Assembly: GCA_045594565.1 (NCBI GenBank)
Contig: JAZNYT010000069.1
Span: 1 to 54,643 of the forward strand
Direction: 5' to 3'
Source: Eubacteriales bacterium
GTDB taxonomy: Bacteria; Bacillota; Clostridia; Oscillospirales; SIG627
Length of the DNA: 54,643 bases
Shown here: in pieces, positions 18,743 through 28,393 of the stretch
How the letters are laid out: every line of letters begins with the position of its first letter
How positions within the stretch are numbered: position 1 is the first letter of the stretch
The notes under the pieces: model-generated
What the model saw: the letters and a program-made list of their open reading frames with translations, nothing else
Databases searched by the model: none
What the model was told of the DNA's origin: nothing
Translations under genes and position numbers: made by a program

Positions 18743-19924
18743 CTATAAGCTTTCCATCATTAAAAAATCTTTGAGTTTGATGTGCTTTACGGCACTTGTG
18801 GAATAGTCGATATCGTCATTTGTGATAATTATTTTTTGACTTAAATTATCAATGTTCTTAAAAGCGTTGAACTCTCTTTGATACGCTTTGTCTTCGGCTA
18901 CGCTATAGGCGACCTGTACGTAATATTGAAGACCGTTTTTGGTTGCAAGAAAGTCTATTTCTTTGCCGTTGTTATTATAAACGTAAAGCTCGTAGCCCAT
19001 ATAAATAAGCTCGTTGTATACTACGTTTTCAAGATTGTGTGTCAAATCGAATCGGTTGTTCATAGAGCGAATAGAGTTAAAGGAAACGTCAGCGTTGTAG
19101 ATTTTCGAATAATAAGAAAGCTCTTTTTTTGTTTTTGTGGAATATTGCTTTATTGATTCTATAATATATGCTTCTTCGAGATACCCGATATATTTCATGA
19201 TTGTGTTTATTGAACAATTTGCGTGTTCGGTTTTTATATAATCGCGAATTGAATTTGCCGACAGTATCTTGCCGTTACTACGCAGGAGAAAATTTACAAG
19301 GCTTTTGAATAAGCTTTCTTTTCGTATTTTATATCTGTTTATAAGGTCGTTTATGACAATTGTGTCGTCTAAATCGTTCAAATATCTCGTTTGAGCGTCA
19401 AGGGTATCGAATTCGAGGCGTTTAGGAAAGCCTCCCCATACAAGATAATCTGTGACAGAGGCTTCTTTGCCGAGCTCTTTTGCATATTCCGCAATTTCTT
19501 TATAAACGAAAGGTCTGATGCGAAAAGAAACGTATCTCCCTGAAAGCTCCTTTGTGAACTCACCGGATAAAAGCTTTGAGTTTGAGCCTGTTATAAACAA
19601 AGAATTGTCATAAAGCCTCAAGGTTTTACACGCGTCCTGCCATCCATCAAGTGTCTGTATTTCGTCGAAAAATAAATAGCATTTTCCACTTTTTTTGTTT
19701 TCTTCTACGTATGACAATAATTTAGCCGTATCGGTAATATTGGCAGAAACCTTTTTGTCTTCAAAATTAAGATATATAATATTATTTGTTTTTTCGCTTA
19801 CTTCTTTTATTATCTGTTCCATAATAACCGATTTACCACATCGACGGATACCGGTTATTATTTTAATTAAATCAGAGTCATAAAAAGGACGAATCTGCTT
19901 GATATAATGATTTCGCTGTATCAT
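18743..19924 (-). CDS. AAA_14 ATPase with DUF4143 domain
   Basis: ITGIRRCGKS Walker A, LFFDEIQ, TGSNSKLLS..LSGR, WGGFP, LENVVYNEL, EIDF..YVQV; AT-rich. Start placed at ATG 19924 (GAGGTG RBS). Confidence 0.92.
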   Translation of the reverse strand: MIQRNHYIKQIRPFYDSDLIKIITGIRRCGKSVIMEQIIKEVSEKTNNIIYLNFEDKKVSANITDTAKLLSYVEENKKSGKCYLFFDEIQTLDGWQDACKTLRLYDNSLFITGSNSKLLSGEFTKELSGRYVSFRIRPFVYKEIAEYAKELGKEASVTDYLVWGGFPKRLEFDTLDAQTRYLNDLDDTIVINDLINRYKIRKESLFKSLVNFLLRSNGKILSANSIRDYIKTEHANCSINTIMKYIGYLEEAYIIESIKQYSTKTKKELSYYSKIYNADVSFNSIRSMNNRFDLTHNLENVVYNELIYMGYELYVYNNNGKEIDFLATKNGLQYYVQVAYSVAEDKAYQREFNAFKNIDNLSQKIIITNDDIDYSTSAVKHIKLKDFLMMESL

Positions 19925-20083
19925 TTTTGTCACCTCAACATTATTATACTGAAAGATTTTACCAAAGTCAAGAAAATTATTCACTACTACTGAAAGATTT
20001 TTTAAATTCCCCCTTTTTTGTTCAGTAGGAAAAATAAAACATACTGTGGCGAAGTGATTTGTAAAAATCGCTTTGCCACAGCC

Positions 20084-20194
20084 TTTTTATTACATAGGAA
20101 GTTGCATCTGGGTTGCTTGTAAAAACAAAGTCTACCTATGAAATTCTGTGAGCGTAGGTGAACATATAAATCAATTGCTGAAGGCGGCTTTTTT
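20084..20194. repeat. Dispersed non-coding repeat, copy 1 (inverted copy at 50215-50301)
   Basis: Reverse complement shares, in order, CCTTC(A/G)GCAATTGATT, ACGCTCAC, ATAGGTAGACTTT, ATGCAA and CTATGTAATAAAAA with 50215-50301. Confidence 0.75.
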
Positions 20195-20287
20195 ATTTAC
20201 AAATAGTTATTTACTTTTTTTCTTTTTGTGATATAATGTATACTAGAATAAAATAGGTATAGTGTTTTTTAAGAAAGGAATAAAAAA

Positions 20288-20824
20288 TTGAAGAAATTTA
20301 GTTTGATACTTATATTCGTTTTAACACTTTCGCTTCTTGTTTCCTGCTCGAAAAAGGAGACGGATATTCCGGAGGGAATGGCGGTTTTGAACGGCGATGC
20401 CGTTGACTACAATTTCTATTACCCCGAGGACTGGCAGATAGACAGAAACGATGGCATGGTAAGTGTCTACGTTTCAGATAAGGACCGCTCCAACGTGTCG
20501 GTGACAACCTTTACGGCGCCTGCCGAGGTACAGGGCGTTGACGGATATCTCACAATGGGAGATACCACCTATTTTGACCACGTGAAGGCTACCTTCCCCG
20601 ACCTTGAGATGTTATCGGACGGAGAGGAGACTACTCTTGGCGGAGTTCCTGCAAGACAGTACGTATTCACCGCGACTGTTGCAGGCGACCCTTATAAGTT
20701 CCGTCAGGTAGTGACATACTACTACGGATATATCCATATTCTGACGTATACCTCAACTCTCGACGGATTTGACTCACATCTCGACGAGGTAAATAAGATA
20801 ATTTCTGAATTCAAGTTTAAATAA
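20288..20824 (+). CDS. Lipoprotein, PsbP/DcrB (DUF1795)-like
   Basis: Lipobox LVSC; FYYPEDW, TTLGGVPA, HILTYTS, IISEFKF pattern; TTG start after AAAGGA. Confidence 0.7.
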   Translation: MKKFSLILIFVLTLSLLVSCSKKETDIPEGMAVLNGDAVDYNFYYPEDWQIDRNDGMVSVYVSDKDRSNVSVTTFTAPAEVQGVDGYLTMGDTTYFDHVKATFPDLEMLSDGEETTLGGVPARQYVFTATVAGDPYKFRQVVTYYYGYIHILTYTSTLDGFDSHLDEVNKIISEFKFK

Positions 20825-20833
20825 GGAGACCCT

Positions 20834-21796
20834 ATGGCAAGAGAAAAAAGAGCCTGCCCCACCGCAAAGTCCCGTGTTGGCGGACAGGCGGTGCTTGAAG
20901 GCATTATGATGAAAAAGGGAAGCACCTGCGCTACCGCCGTAAGATGCCCCGATGGAACGATAGCCCTTGACAAAAGGAAAGTCAGCAGTATTAAAGAAAA
21001 GTGTAAGTTCTTCAAAATCCCCATTATCCGAGGAGTTGTAGGCTTTGTGGAGTCTATGAAGCTTTCTATGGATATCCTCACCCTTTCAGCGGAAATGCAG
21101 GGAATTGAGGAAGAGGAATCGAAGTTTGAAAAGTGGCTTCAGAAGAAGCTTGGAAAAAGCCTTATGGGAGTTGCCGCGGTTATCGGCGGAGTACTCGGCG
21201 TATTTCTCGCACTCGGACTTTTCTTCTACCTTCCTATGCTGATATCTAAGCTCATATCCCTTGTTTTTGAAATGCCTGCCGTTATGAAGGCAGTAGTGGA
21301 GGGTATCGTTAAGATTCTCATATTCCTTCTCTACGTTTGGGGAGTGGCATTTATGCCGGATATCAGACGTACCTACGAATACCACGGTGCAGAGCATAAG
21401 TCTATTTTCTGCCTTGAGGCAGGACTTCCTCTCACAGTTGAGAACATAAAAAAGCAGTCGAGATTTCATCCCAGATGCGGTACTAGTATGATGTTTGTTA
21501 TGCTCATTCTGTCTATCGTTGTTTCGGCATCTCTTCCTGCAAGTCTGTGGAATAACCTTTTCCTCAGATTTTTAACTAAAATTGCAATAATCCCCCTCAT
21601 TGTGGGTATCGGCTATGAGATAACTATTTTCTCGGGCACTCACGACAACTTGCTCCTCAGAATTCTCACTGCCCCCGGACTTTGGTTCCAGAGAATCACA
21701 ACCCGTGAGCCGGACGAAAAGGAAATCGAGGTAGCGATAAAGGCGCTTGAAGCAGCCCTTGAGGAAGCAGATACGGAAAATGCAGAAAATTCTTAA
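20834..21796 (+). CDS. DUF1385 membrane protein
   Basis: VGGQAVLEGIMM, IPIIRG, YHGAEHK, RFHPRCGTS, PGLWFQRITTREP; usual neighbour of prmC. Confidence 0.93.
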   Translation: MAREKRACPTAKSRVGGQAVLEGIMMKKGSTCATAVRCPDGTIALDKRKVSSIKEKCKFFKIPIIRGVVGFVESMKLSMDILTLSAEMQGIEEEESKFEKWLQKKLGKSLMGVAAVIGGVLGVFLALGLFFYLPMLISKLISLVFEMPAVMKAVVEGIVKILIFLLYVWGVAFMPDIRRTYEYHGAEHKSIFCLEAGLPLTVENIKKQSRFHPRCGTSMMFVMLILSIVVSASLPASLWNNLFLRFLTKIAIIPLIVGIGYEITIFSGTHDNLLLRILTAPGLWFQRITTREPDEKEIEVAIKALEAALEEADTENAENS

Positions 21797-22568
21797 AGAG
21801 CTTTTTGAAGGCTCCGATTTTGCAAAGGAAAATTTAAGCTTCAGAGAAACGGTATCGCTTATTCTTGAAAAGTATTCTCTTGACCGCGACACTCTTATTA
21901 TGGGACGGGAAATAGAGAAAAGCGTTGCAGAAAAAATAATAAGCGACTTTAAACGCGCTATTTCTGCAGAGCCTCTCGGATATATCCTGGGAAAAGTTCC
22001 CTTCTACAAGGAGGAATACCTTGTGGGAGAGGGTGTACTTATACCCAGATGCGACAGCGAGGTTTTGGTGGAGGAAGCGATAAAGAGAATTCCCCGAAGC
22101 TCTCATTTTCTCGATATATGCACGGGTAGCGGATGTATAGGACTGTCGGTTTTGAAAAGCCGTCCCGACCTTACCGCGACGCTTCTTGATATATCTCCAT
22201 TTTCTGAAAAGTGGGCGAAAAAGAACATAGAGTATCATGGACTTGAGGAGAGATGCACCTTCAAGCGATTTGACCTTCTCAAGGAAGCACTTCCCGAATG
22301 TGACGCTATTACTATGAATCCTCCGTATATTACGGCAAAGGAAATGAAAGCTCTTCCCGAAAACGTAAAAAGAGAGCCTTCTCTTGCCCTTTTCGGGGGC
22401 GATGACGGACTTGACTTTTACAGGCGCATAAAAAATCTTTCCCCCAAGGCAAGTCTTTTCTTTGAGATGGGATGTTTGCAAGGAGATGACCTTATTCGTC
22501 TTTTTGAAGGCGGAGAGATAGTGCGCGACCTTTCGGGCAACGACAGAGTTTTTATAAAGGAGAAATAA
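21780..22568 (+). CDS. prmC: Release factor glutamine methyltransferase
   Basis: EPLGYILG, GVLIPR.DSE, LDICTGSGCI, NPPY, EPSLALFGGDDGLDFY. Confidence 0.93.
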   Translation: MQKILKELFEGSDFAKENLSFRETVSLILEKYSLDRDTLIMGREIEKSVAEKIISDFKRAISAEPLGYILGKVPFYKEEYLVGEGVLIPRCDSEVLVEEAIKRIPRSSHFLDICTGSGCIGLSVLKSRPDLTATLLDISPFSEKWAKKNIEYHGLEERCTFKRFDLLKEALPECDAITMNPPYITAKEMKALPENVKREPSLALFGGDDGLDFYRRIKNLSPKASLFFEMGCLQGDDLIRLFEGGEIVRDLSGNDRVFIKEK

Positions 22569-22569
22569 T

Positions 22570-24756
22570 ATGCCTTCAACACTTGTTTCGGTAGAAAAGA
22601 AGCCACCTCTTGAATATCAGTATTTCCCGTGCAGATTTATGGGCGCGATATTCAGACTGTGGGGTTATATCCCCTCGGAAAAGATTGCCGAGGTGCTTGG
22701 TACAAGCGTAGAGAACGTAAAAAAATCTGCCGAAAAAATGGGGCTTGACCCCGACAAAAAGGCAGACCCCATATGGCGTCGTCGTGGATACATAACGATT
22801 ATAAAAAATGTGTGGCATATGCTTTCTTACGACCAGATTTGCACACTTCTCGACCTTACCTCCGCCGAGTTTGACACAATGCTCAAGGAGGACGACTTCC
22901 TTTTTTCAAAGCTCGGTCTTATCATTCCCGAAAGCGAGGATGCACTCTGGCGTGAGCTTACCTCCGAGGAGGAGAAAAGGGCGGAGTGGATAAAGAAAAA
23001 CGTAACAAGGCTCGAAAAAGAGCTTGGTGAATACAAAGAAAAAGCCTTTGATTTTATAAACAAGTACTACGAGGAGGACACACTTCCGCCTGTAGTATCG
23101 GACATAAAGGGCGATCTCAGAATGGTTTACTCCTATTTCGCTCTTTATGGAGACCCTCTTATGGAGGATGATGCCAACCCGTTCCCCGATAAGCTTCTTC
23201 GCGAATATGCGGAATACGGAATAAACGGAATATGGTTTCAGGCGGTGCTGTATCAGCTTGTAGAGTTTCCTTTTGCTCCTGAATTGTCACGAGGCTATGA
23301 AAAGAGAATAGAAAACCTAAAGAGAATTGTGAAGAGAGCTGCAAAATACGGCATTGGCATCTATCTCTACATAAACGAGCCGAGAAGTATGCAGGAGTCG
23401 GTATTTGAAAAATATCCACACCTTAAAGGACACACACGAAACCCCGAAAAGAAGATATATTCGATGTGTACCTCCACTCCCGAGGTAAAAGAGTATCTTG
23501 AAAATGCTCTTTACACTCTCTTTTCCGAGGTTGAAGGACTTGGCGGTATTCTGACTATAACGGCAAGTGAAAATCAGACTCATTGCTACTCCCATTCCAC
23601 CGAGGAGACCTGCACCTGCGAAAGATGCAAAAAGAGAAGCGCCGCCGACGTTATTTCGGAGGTCAACAACGTTATGGCGAGGGGTGTCAAGAGAGCAAAC
23701 CCCGATGCAAGAGTTATATGCTGGGATTGGTCATGGCCGATAGACCAGACCGCCGACATTATAAGAAAGCTGGACCGTAGAGTTATACTCCAGAAGACAA
23801 GTGAGCATCAGATGGAGATAGTCAAGGGCGGTGTAAAAAACCGTGTCAGCGATTATACTATGTCAAATCCCGGCCCCGGTCCTTTTGCGAAAGAGGTTTG
23901 GGAGGTAGGACGAGAGAGTGGTCTTGAGCTTTCCGCAAAGGTACAGTTTAACTGTACCTGGGAAATGTCGGCAGTACCCTTTATTCCCGCCTTTGACCTT
24001 GTTGCAGAGCACGCGGAGAACCTAAAAAAAGAAAATATAAAGCATATTATGATGAGCTGGACTCTCGGAGGCTCCGCTTCACCAAACATCAGTCTTGTAA
24101 ACGATATAATGCAAAAGGGCAGCACGGTAGAGGATTTTATCCGCGACTTTTACTCGGCAGAGGAATGGGAGACGGTAAACCGAGCCCAGCGAGAGCTGTC
24201 GAAAGGCTTCAGAGAATTTCCCTTCAGCTGTCAGGTAGCTTATAACGCGCCACAGAACGGAGGCGTGAGAAGTCCTTTCTTCCCTGAAAAAACGGGTTGG
24301 TATTCCACGATGGTAGGTTATCCTTACGACGACATTGACAGATGGCGCCATAATTATCCCGCAGACGTTTTTGAAAATCAGTTCAGATTGGTATGTGAGG
24401 GGAACAAACGAGCCATCGATATAATGGAGAGCTACGAGGGTAAAAAGAGCGAGAGATTTATCGACACCCTCAACTGTATGAAGGGCTCTTACGCACACTT
24501 TTTAACGTCCTATAATCTTATTCGTTTCACACGTCACCGCAACAAAGCGTCCACGCTTACCGCAGAGGATATAGCTTTCTACGGACAGGTGTTCGATAGC
24601 GAGGAGAAGAACGTGAGAGATGCGATAAAGCTGTTGTCGGAGTTTTCAAAGTTTGGCTTTGAGGCGACAAACCATTACAGCGCAACAAGGCAGGACCTTA
24701 TAGAAAAGCTTATAAATATAGAGTATATGAGAGAATATTATGAAAAGAGGAGATAA
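22570..24756 (+). CDS. Hypothetical 728-aa protein, probable TIM-barrel glycoside hydrolase-like fold
   Basis: Long ORF with host-like codon usage, tightly coupled to prmC and recA; GINGIW / [12 protein letters not shown] / VICWDWSW segments resemble barrel strands. Family not identified. Confidence 0.6.
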   Translation: MPSTLVSVEKKPPLEYQYFPCRFMGAIFRLWGYIPSEKIAEVLGTSVENVKKSAEKMGLDPDKKADPIWRRRGYITIIKNVWHMLSYDQICTLLDLTSAEFDTMLKEDDFLFSKLGLIIPESEDALWRELTSEEEKRAEWIKKNVTRLEKELGEYKEKAFDFINKYYEEDTLPPVVSDIKGDLRMVYSYFALYGDPLMEDDANPFPDKLLREYAEYGINGIWFQAVLYQLVEFPFAPELSRGYEKRIENLKRIVKRAAKYGIGIYLYINEPRSMQESVFEKYPHLKGHTRNPEKKIYSMCTSTPEVKEYLENALYTLFSEVEGLGGILTITASENQTHCYSHSTEETCTCERCKKRSAADVISEVNNVMARGVKRANPDARVICWDWSWPIDQTADIIRKLDRRVILQKTSEHQMEIVKGGVKNRVSDYTMSNPGPGPFAKEVWEVGRESGLELSAKVQFNCTWEMSAVPFIPAFDLVAEHAENLKKENIKHIMMSWTLGGSASPNISLVNDIMQKGSTVEDFIRDFYSAEEWETVNRAQRELSKGFREFPFSCQVAYNAPQNGGVRSPFFPEKTGWYSTMVGYPYDDIDRWRHNYPADVFENQFRLVCEGNKRAIDIMESYEGKKSERFIDTLNCMKGSYAHFLTSYNLIRFTRHRNKASTLTAEDIAFYGQVFDSEEKNVRDAIKLLSEFSKFGFEATNHYSATRQDLIEKLINIEYMREYYEKRR

Positions 24757-24760
24757 AGAA

Positions 24761-25867
24761 ATGGAAGACAAGAAGAAGAAAACGGCAGCCGCAGAGGATG
24801 CGAAGGCAGGCAGAGAGGCGGCAAGAAATAAAGCGATATCACAGATAACGAAGAAATACGGACAGGGCTCTATAATGCGTCTTGGCGACAATACCTCTAT
24901 GCAGGTATCGGCTATTCCCACAGGCTCCCTTTCACTTGACTTTGCGCTCGGTATAGGCGGTGTTCCCAAGGGACGTATAGTTGAAATCTACGGACCTGAA
25001 AGCTCAGGTAAAACAACCCTTGCCCTTCACATTGCGGCAGAAGCCCAGAAGATGGGAGGCTCTGCGGCGTTTATCGATGCAGAACACGCTCTCGACCCCT
25101 CTTATGCACAGCAGATAGGTGTTGATATTCAGGACCTTCTGGTAGCACAGCCCGACGACGGAGAGCAGGCGCTTGAAATTGCAGAAGCGCTCATTTCGTC
25201 GGATGCCATCGACGTTATCATCGTTGACTCTGTTGCGGCTCTTGTTCCCAAGGCGGAAATCGAAGGTGATATGGGACAGGCGATGGTAGGCGCACACGCA
25301 AGACTTATGTCCAAGGCGCTCCGTAAGCTTTCGGGCGCTATTGCAAAGAGCCAGTGCGTACTCATCTTTATAAACCAGCTTCGTGAAAAGGTTGGCGTTA
25401 TGTACGGTAACCCCGAGGTTACCACAGGCGGTAAGGCGCCTAAATTCTACGCTTCCGTTCGTATCGACGTGCGCCGCGGTCAGCAGATAAAGGAAAAATC
25501 CGAAATTATCGGTAACCATACAAAGTGTAAGGTTGTAAAAAATAAGGTTGCGGCACCCTTCAAGTCTGCAGAGTTCGATATTATGTACGGCGAGGGTATC
25601 TCGGCGGACGGCGAGATTATCGACCTTGGCGAAACACTCGGCATTGTTACAAAGAGCGGCTCCTGGTACGGCTACGGCGGACTCAGACTCGGTCAGGGTA
25701 AGGACAACGCTAAACTTTATCTTAAGGAAAACCCCGATATCAGAGAGGAAATCAAGTCGAAGATTCTTGCACAGGCAGGCGACCTTCAGGGAAATCTTTC
25801 CTTTGGCGGTATAGCAGGACTTGACGAGGATGACGATGAAGATATTGGAGACGGATTTGACGAATAA
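24761..25867 (+). CDS. recA: Recombinase A
   Basis: [63 protein letters not shown]. Start at ATG 24761 (AGGAG upstream). Confidence 0.98.
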   Translation: MEDKKKKTAAAEDAKAGREAARNKAISQITKKYGQGSIMRLGDNTSMQVSAIPTGSLSLDFALGIGGVPKGRIVEIYGPESSGKTTLALHIAAEAQKMGGSAAFIDAEHALDPSYAQQIGVDIQDLLVAQPDDGEQALEIAEALISSDAIDVIIVDSVAALVPKAEIEGDMGQAMVGAHARLMSKALRKLSGAIAKSQCVLIFINQLREKVGVMYGNPEVTTGGKAPKFYASVRIDVRRGQQIKEKSEIIGNHTKCKVVKNKVAAPFKSAEFDIMYGEGISADGEIIDLGETLGIVTKSGSWYGYGGLRLGQGKDNAKLYLKENPDIREEIKSKILAQAGDLQGNLSFGGIAGLDEDDDEDIGDGFDE

Positions 25868-26463
25868 TGAAATATCTCGGACAGTATAACGTAACGAAAA
25901 ATAAAGAAACGGTAATTCTCACCGACGAGGGAGAATATCCCATCTGGGTGAAGGATGCCGAAAAATATTTTGTCTCTCTTGAAAAGGGAGAGGAAATAGA
26001 AGACCCAGAGCTTCTCGTCACTCTCGCCTGTCGACGCGAGATAAAGAAAAAGGCGATAAGGCGTCTTTCGGCAGGTGACATTACCAAGAAGGCACTAATA
26101 ACGAAGCTTTGCCGAGAGAAGATATTCGGGACCTACGCCGAAAAGGAGTGGGTAGAGGAGCTGGTAGGCAAGCTTGAAAGGGCAGGCTATATTGATGATA
26201 AGGGCTACGCCAAGAGATATGCCGAAAAGTGCCTTGAAAAGCTTTGGGGCGAAGTGAAGATAAAAGGCTCGATGTACGAAAAGGGCTTTTCTTACGAGAC
26301 GGCAGACGAAGCGCTTGAAGCGCTTTCACCTGACTTTGTGGCACTTGCCCGTGAGTATATAGAAAAAAACCTTCAAGGCTGTGAAAGAGATACTGTATTC
26401 CGTAAGCTTTCCTCAAGGGGATTTCTTACAGAAACTATTATGTCTGCCTTGGACAAGAATTAA
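25867..26463 (+). CDS. recX: Regulatory protein RecX
   Basis: Directly after recA (TAATG overlap); GYIDDKGYA, WGEVKI..MYEKG, KLSSRGF. Confidence 0.85.
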   Translation: MKYLGQYNVTKNKETVILTDEGEYPIWVKDAEKYFVSLEKGEEIEDPELLVTLACRREIKKKAIRRLSAGDITKKALITKLCREKIFGTYAEKEWVEELVGKLERAGYIDDKGYAKRYAEKCLEKLWGEVKIKGSMYEKGFSYETADEALEALSPDFVALAREYIEKNLQGCERDTVFRKLSSRGFLTETIMSALDKN

Positions 26464-26478
26464 AGGTACGGAGATTTT

Positions 26479-27807
26479 ATGAGTATAAAAGTCGGATTTG
26501 TTTCCCTCGGATGTCCTAAAAACACCTGTGACACCGAGGTAATGCTTGGACTTCTCAACGAGGCGGGATATGAAATCGTAAGCGAGGACATTTACGCCGA
26601 CGTTATGATAGTCAACACTTGCGCCTTTATCAAGAGCGCAAAGGAGGAGGCAATAGAGACCATTCTCGATATTGCCTATCTCAAGGAGCACCACGATTTA
26701 AAGGGCATCGTTGTTACGGGATGCCTTGCCACACGCTATGCGGAGGATATAGAAAAGTCGCTTCCCGAGGTTGACGTTATCCTTTCGGCAGGCGACGAGG
26801 GCAAGATATGCGAGGCGGTAGAAAAGGCGTACCGCGGCGAGAGGTGTAAATACACCGCTCCTACCGAAAACCTTGCCTTTGGCGGTGACAGAGTTGTAAC
26901 TACCCCCGAATATACGGCGTATCTGAAGATTGCCGAGGGCTGTGACAACCGCTGTGCCTATTGCTCTATTCCCGATATAAGAGGAAGATTCAGAAGTAGG
27001 GAAATGGACGACGTAATGGCAGAAGCGAGAACTCTTTTTGAGCTTGGCGCAAGAGAGCTTTGCCTTGTGGCGCAGGACACCACAAGATACGGAGAGGACC
27101 TCTACGGAAAGTATTCTCTCGACGTGCTTCTTGAAAGGCTTGCCACCGAATGTGAGTTTAAGTGGATAAGACTTCTCTATTGCTATCCCGATAAGATAAC
27201 CGATTCACTTATAGAGGTGATGGCAAAATACGACTCGGTTGCAAAATACATAGATATGCCCATTCAGCATATAAACGACAGAGTGCTGGGAGTTATGAAC
27301 CGCCACGGCGGAAGGGGGGGCATAAAGAGTGCGATAGAGAGGCTTCGCAGTAAGATGCCCGATATTACCATACGTACTACCGTTATAACAGGCTTCCCCA
27401 CAGAAACCGCCGCCGAGGCAAACGAGCTTCTCGAATTTGTGAAGGAAACACGCTTCGAAAGACTTGGCGCATTTACCTATTCGAGAGAGGAGAACACTCC
27501 TGCATATTCTTTTGCTCCTCAGGTTTCGGAGAAGAGCAAGACCGCACGCTGTGACAGAATAATGGAAGCACAGTACAGAATACACGCGGAAAACAATGAG
27601 AAGCTTATCGGTAAGACTCTCACGGTACTCGTTGAGGGCTATGACAAGGTGGGCGAGACCTACTTCGGAAGAACCGAAATGGACGCTCCCGAAATAGACG
27701 GCAAGATTTATTTCTCGGCGAAGCGAAGACTTCGCGACGGCGAGTTTATAAAGGTAAAAGTAACAGAAACACTCGATTATGACCTCGTTGGAAGTCAGGT
27801 AGAATAA
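26479..27807 (+). CDS. rimO: Ribosomal protein S12 methylthiotransferase
   Basis: SLGCPKN, VNTCAFI, YLKIAEGCDNRCAYC, C-terminal TRAM domain (DAPEIDG). Confidence 0.96.
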   Translation: MSIKVGFVSLGCPKNTCDTEVMLGLLNEAGYEIVSEDIYADVMIVNTCAFIKSAKEEAIETILDIAYLKEHHDLKGIVVTGCLATRYAEDIEKSLPEVDVILSAGDEGKICEAVEKAYRGERCKYTAPTENLAFGGDRVVTTPEYTAYLKIAEGCDNRCAYCSIPDIRGRFRSREMDDVMAEARTLFELGARELCLVAQDTTRYGEDLYGKYSLDVLLERLATECEFKWIRLLYCYPDKITDSLIEVMAKYDSVAKYIDMPIQHINDRVLGVMNRHGGRGGIKSAIERLRSKMPDITIRTTVITGFPTETAAEANELLEFVKETRFERLGAFTYSREENTPAYSFAPQVSEKSKTARCDRIMEAQYRIHAENNEKLIGKTLTVLVEGYDKVGETYFGRTEMDAPEIDGKIYFSAKRRLRDGEFIKVKVTETLDYDLVGSQVE

Positions 27808-27817
27808 GGAGAAACAA

Positions 27818-28393
27818 ATGAGTAAAATCAATCTTCCAAATAAGTTAACTATTCTCAGAATGATACTCGTTCCTGTTGTAATGGTATTCATTCTCTATCC
27901 CGCCCTTACGGGAAACAACCCCCTTCTTTACGGAATTATTCCCGCCTTGCTTTTCATACTCACTGCAATAACAGACTTTATCGACGGCAAGATTGCACGT
28001 AAATATAATCTTATCACCGATTTTGGCAAATTTATGGACCCCGTTGCCGATAAGTTTATGGTAATAGGCTCTCTTGTTGCAATAACCGTAGCAAACGATG
28101 TACTCCGCCCATATATGGTATGGGTATCCATTATCGTTATCTTCCGTGAGCTTGCGGTTACAAGCATACGCCTTGTAGTGTCGGGAGAGGGAATAGTCGT
28201 TCCCGCAAACTGGCTCGGCAAGTGCAAGACAATGACACAGTCCATATCTATAGTTGTATTCCTTATCGAAGGAATGTTCTGGGATTTATATATCTTCTCA
28301 TACGTGGGAATGGCGGCAACCGCATTTCTCACTCTCTGGTCGGGAATAAATTATCTTAAGGAGTATTGGAAGTACATTGACCCTACAAAGTGA
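27818..28393 (+). CDS. pgsA: CDP-diacylglycerol-glycerol-3-phosphate 3-phosphatidyltransferase
   Basis: NLPNKLTILR, TDFIDGKIARK..ITDFGKFMDPVADK. Confidence 0.96.
   Translation: MSKINLPNKLTILRMILVPVVMVFILYPALTGNNPLLYGIIPALLFILTAITDFIDGKIARKYNLITDFGKFMDPVADKFMVIGSLVAITVANDVLRPYMVWVSIIVIFRELAVTSIRLVVSGEGIVVPANWLGKCKTMTQSISIVVFLIEGMFWDLYIFSYVGMAATAFLTLWSGINYLKEYWKYIDPTK

Noticed and set aside
20084-20110. Chromosomal dif site (ACTTCCTATGTAAT on the minus strand)
   Set aside because: It resembles fragments of the Bacillus dif arms but lacks the 11-6-11 layout, and it belongs to a dispersed repeat.
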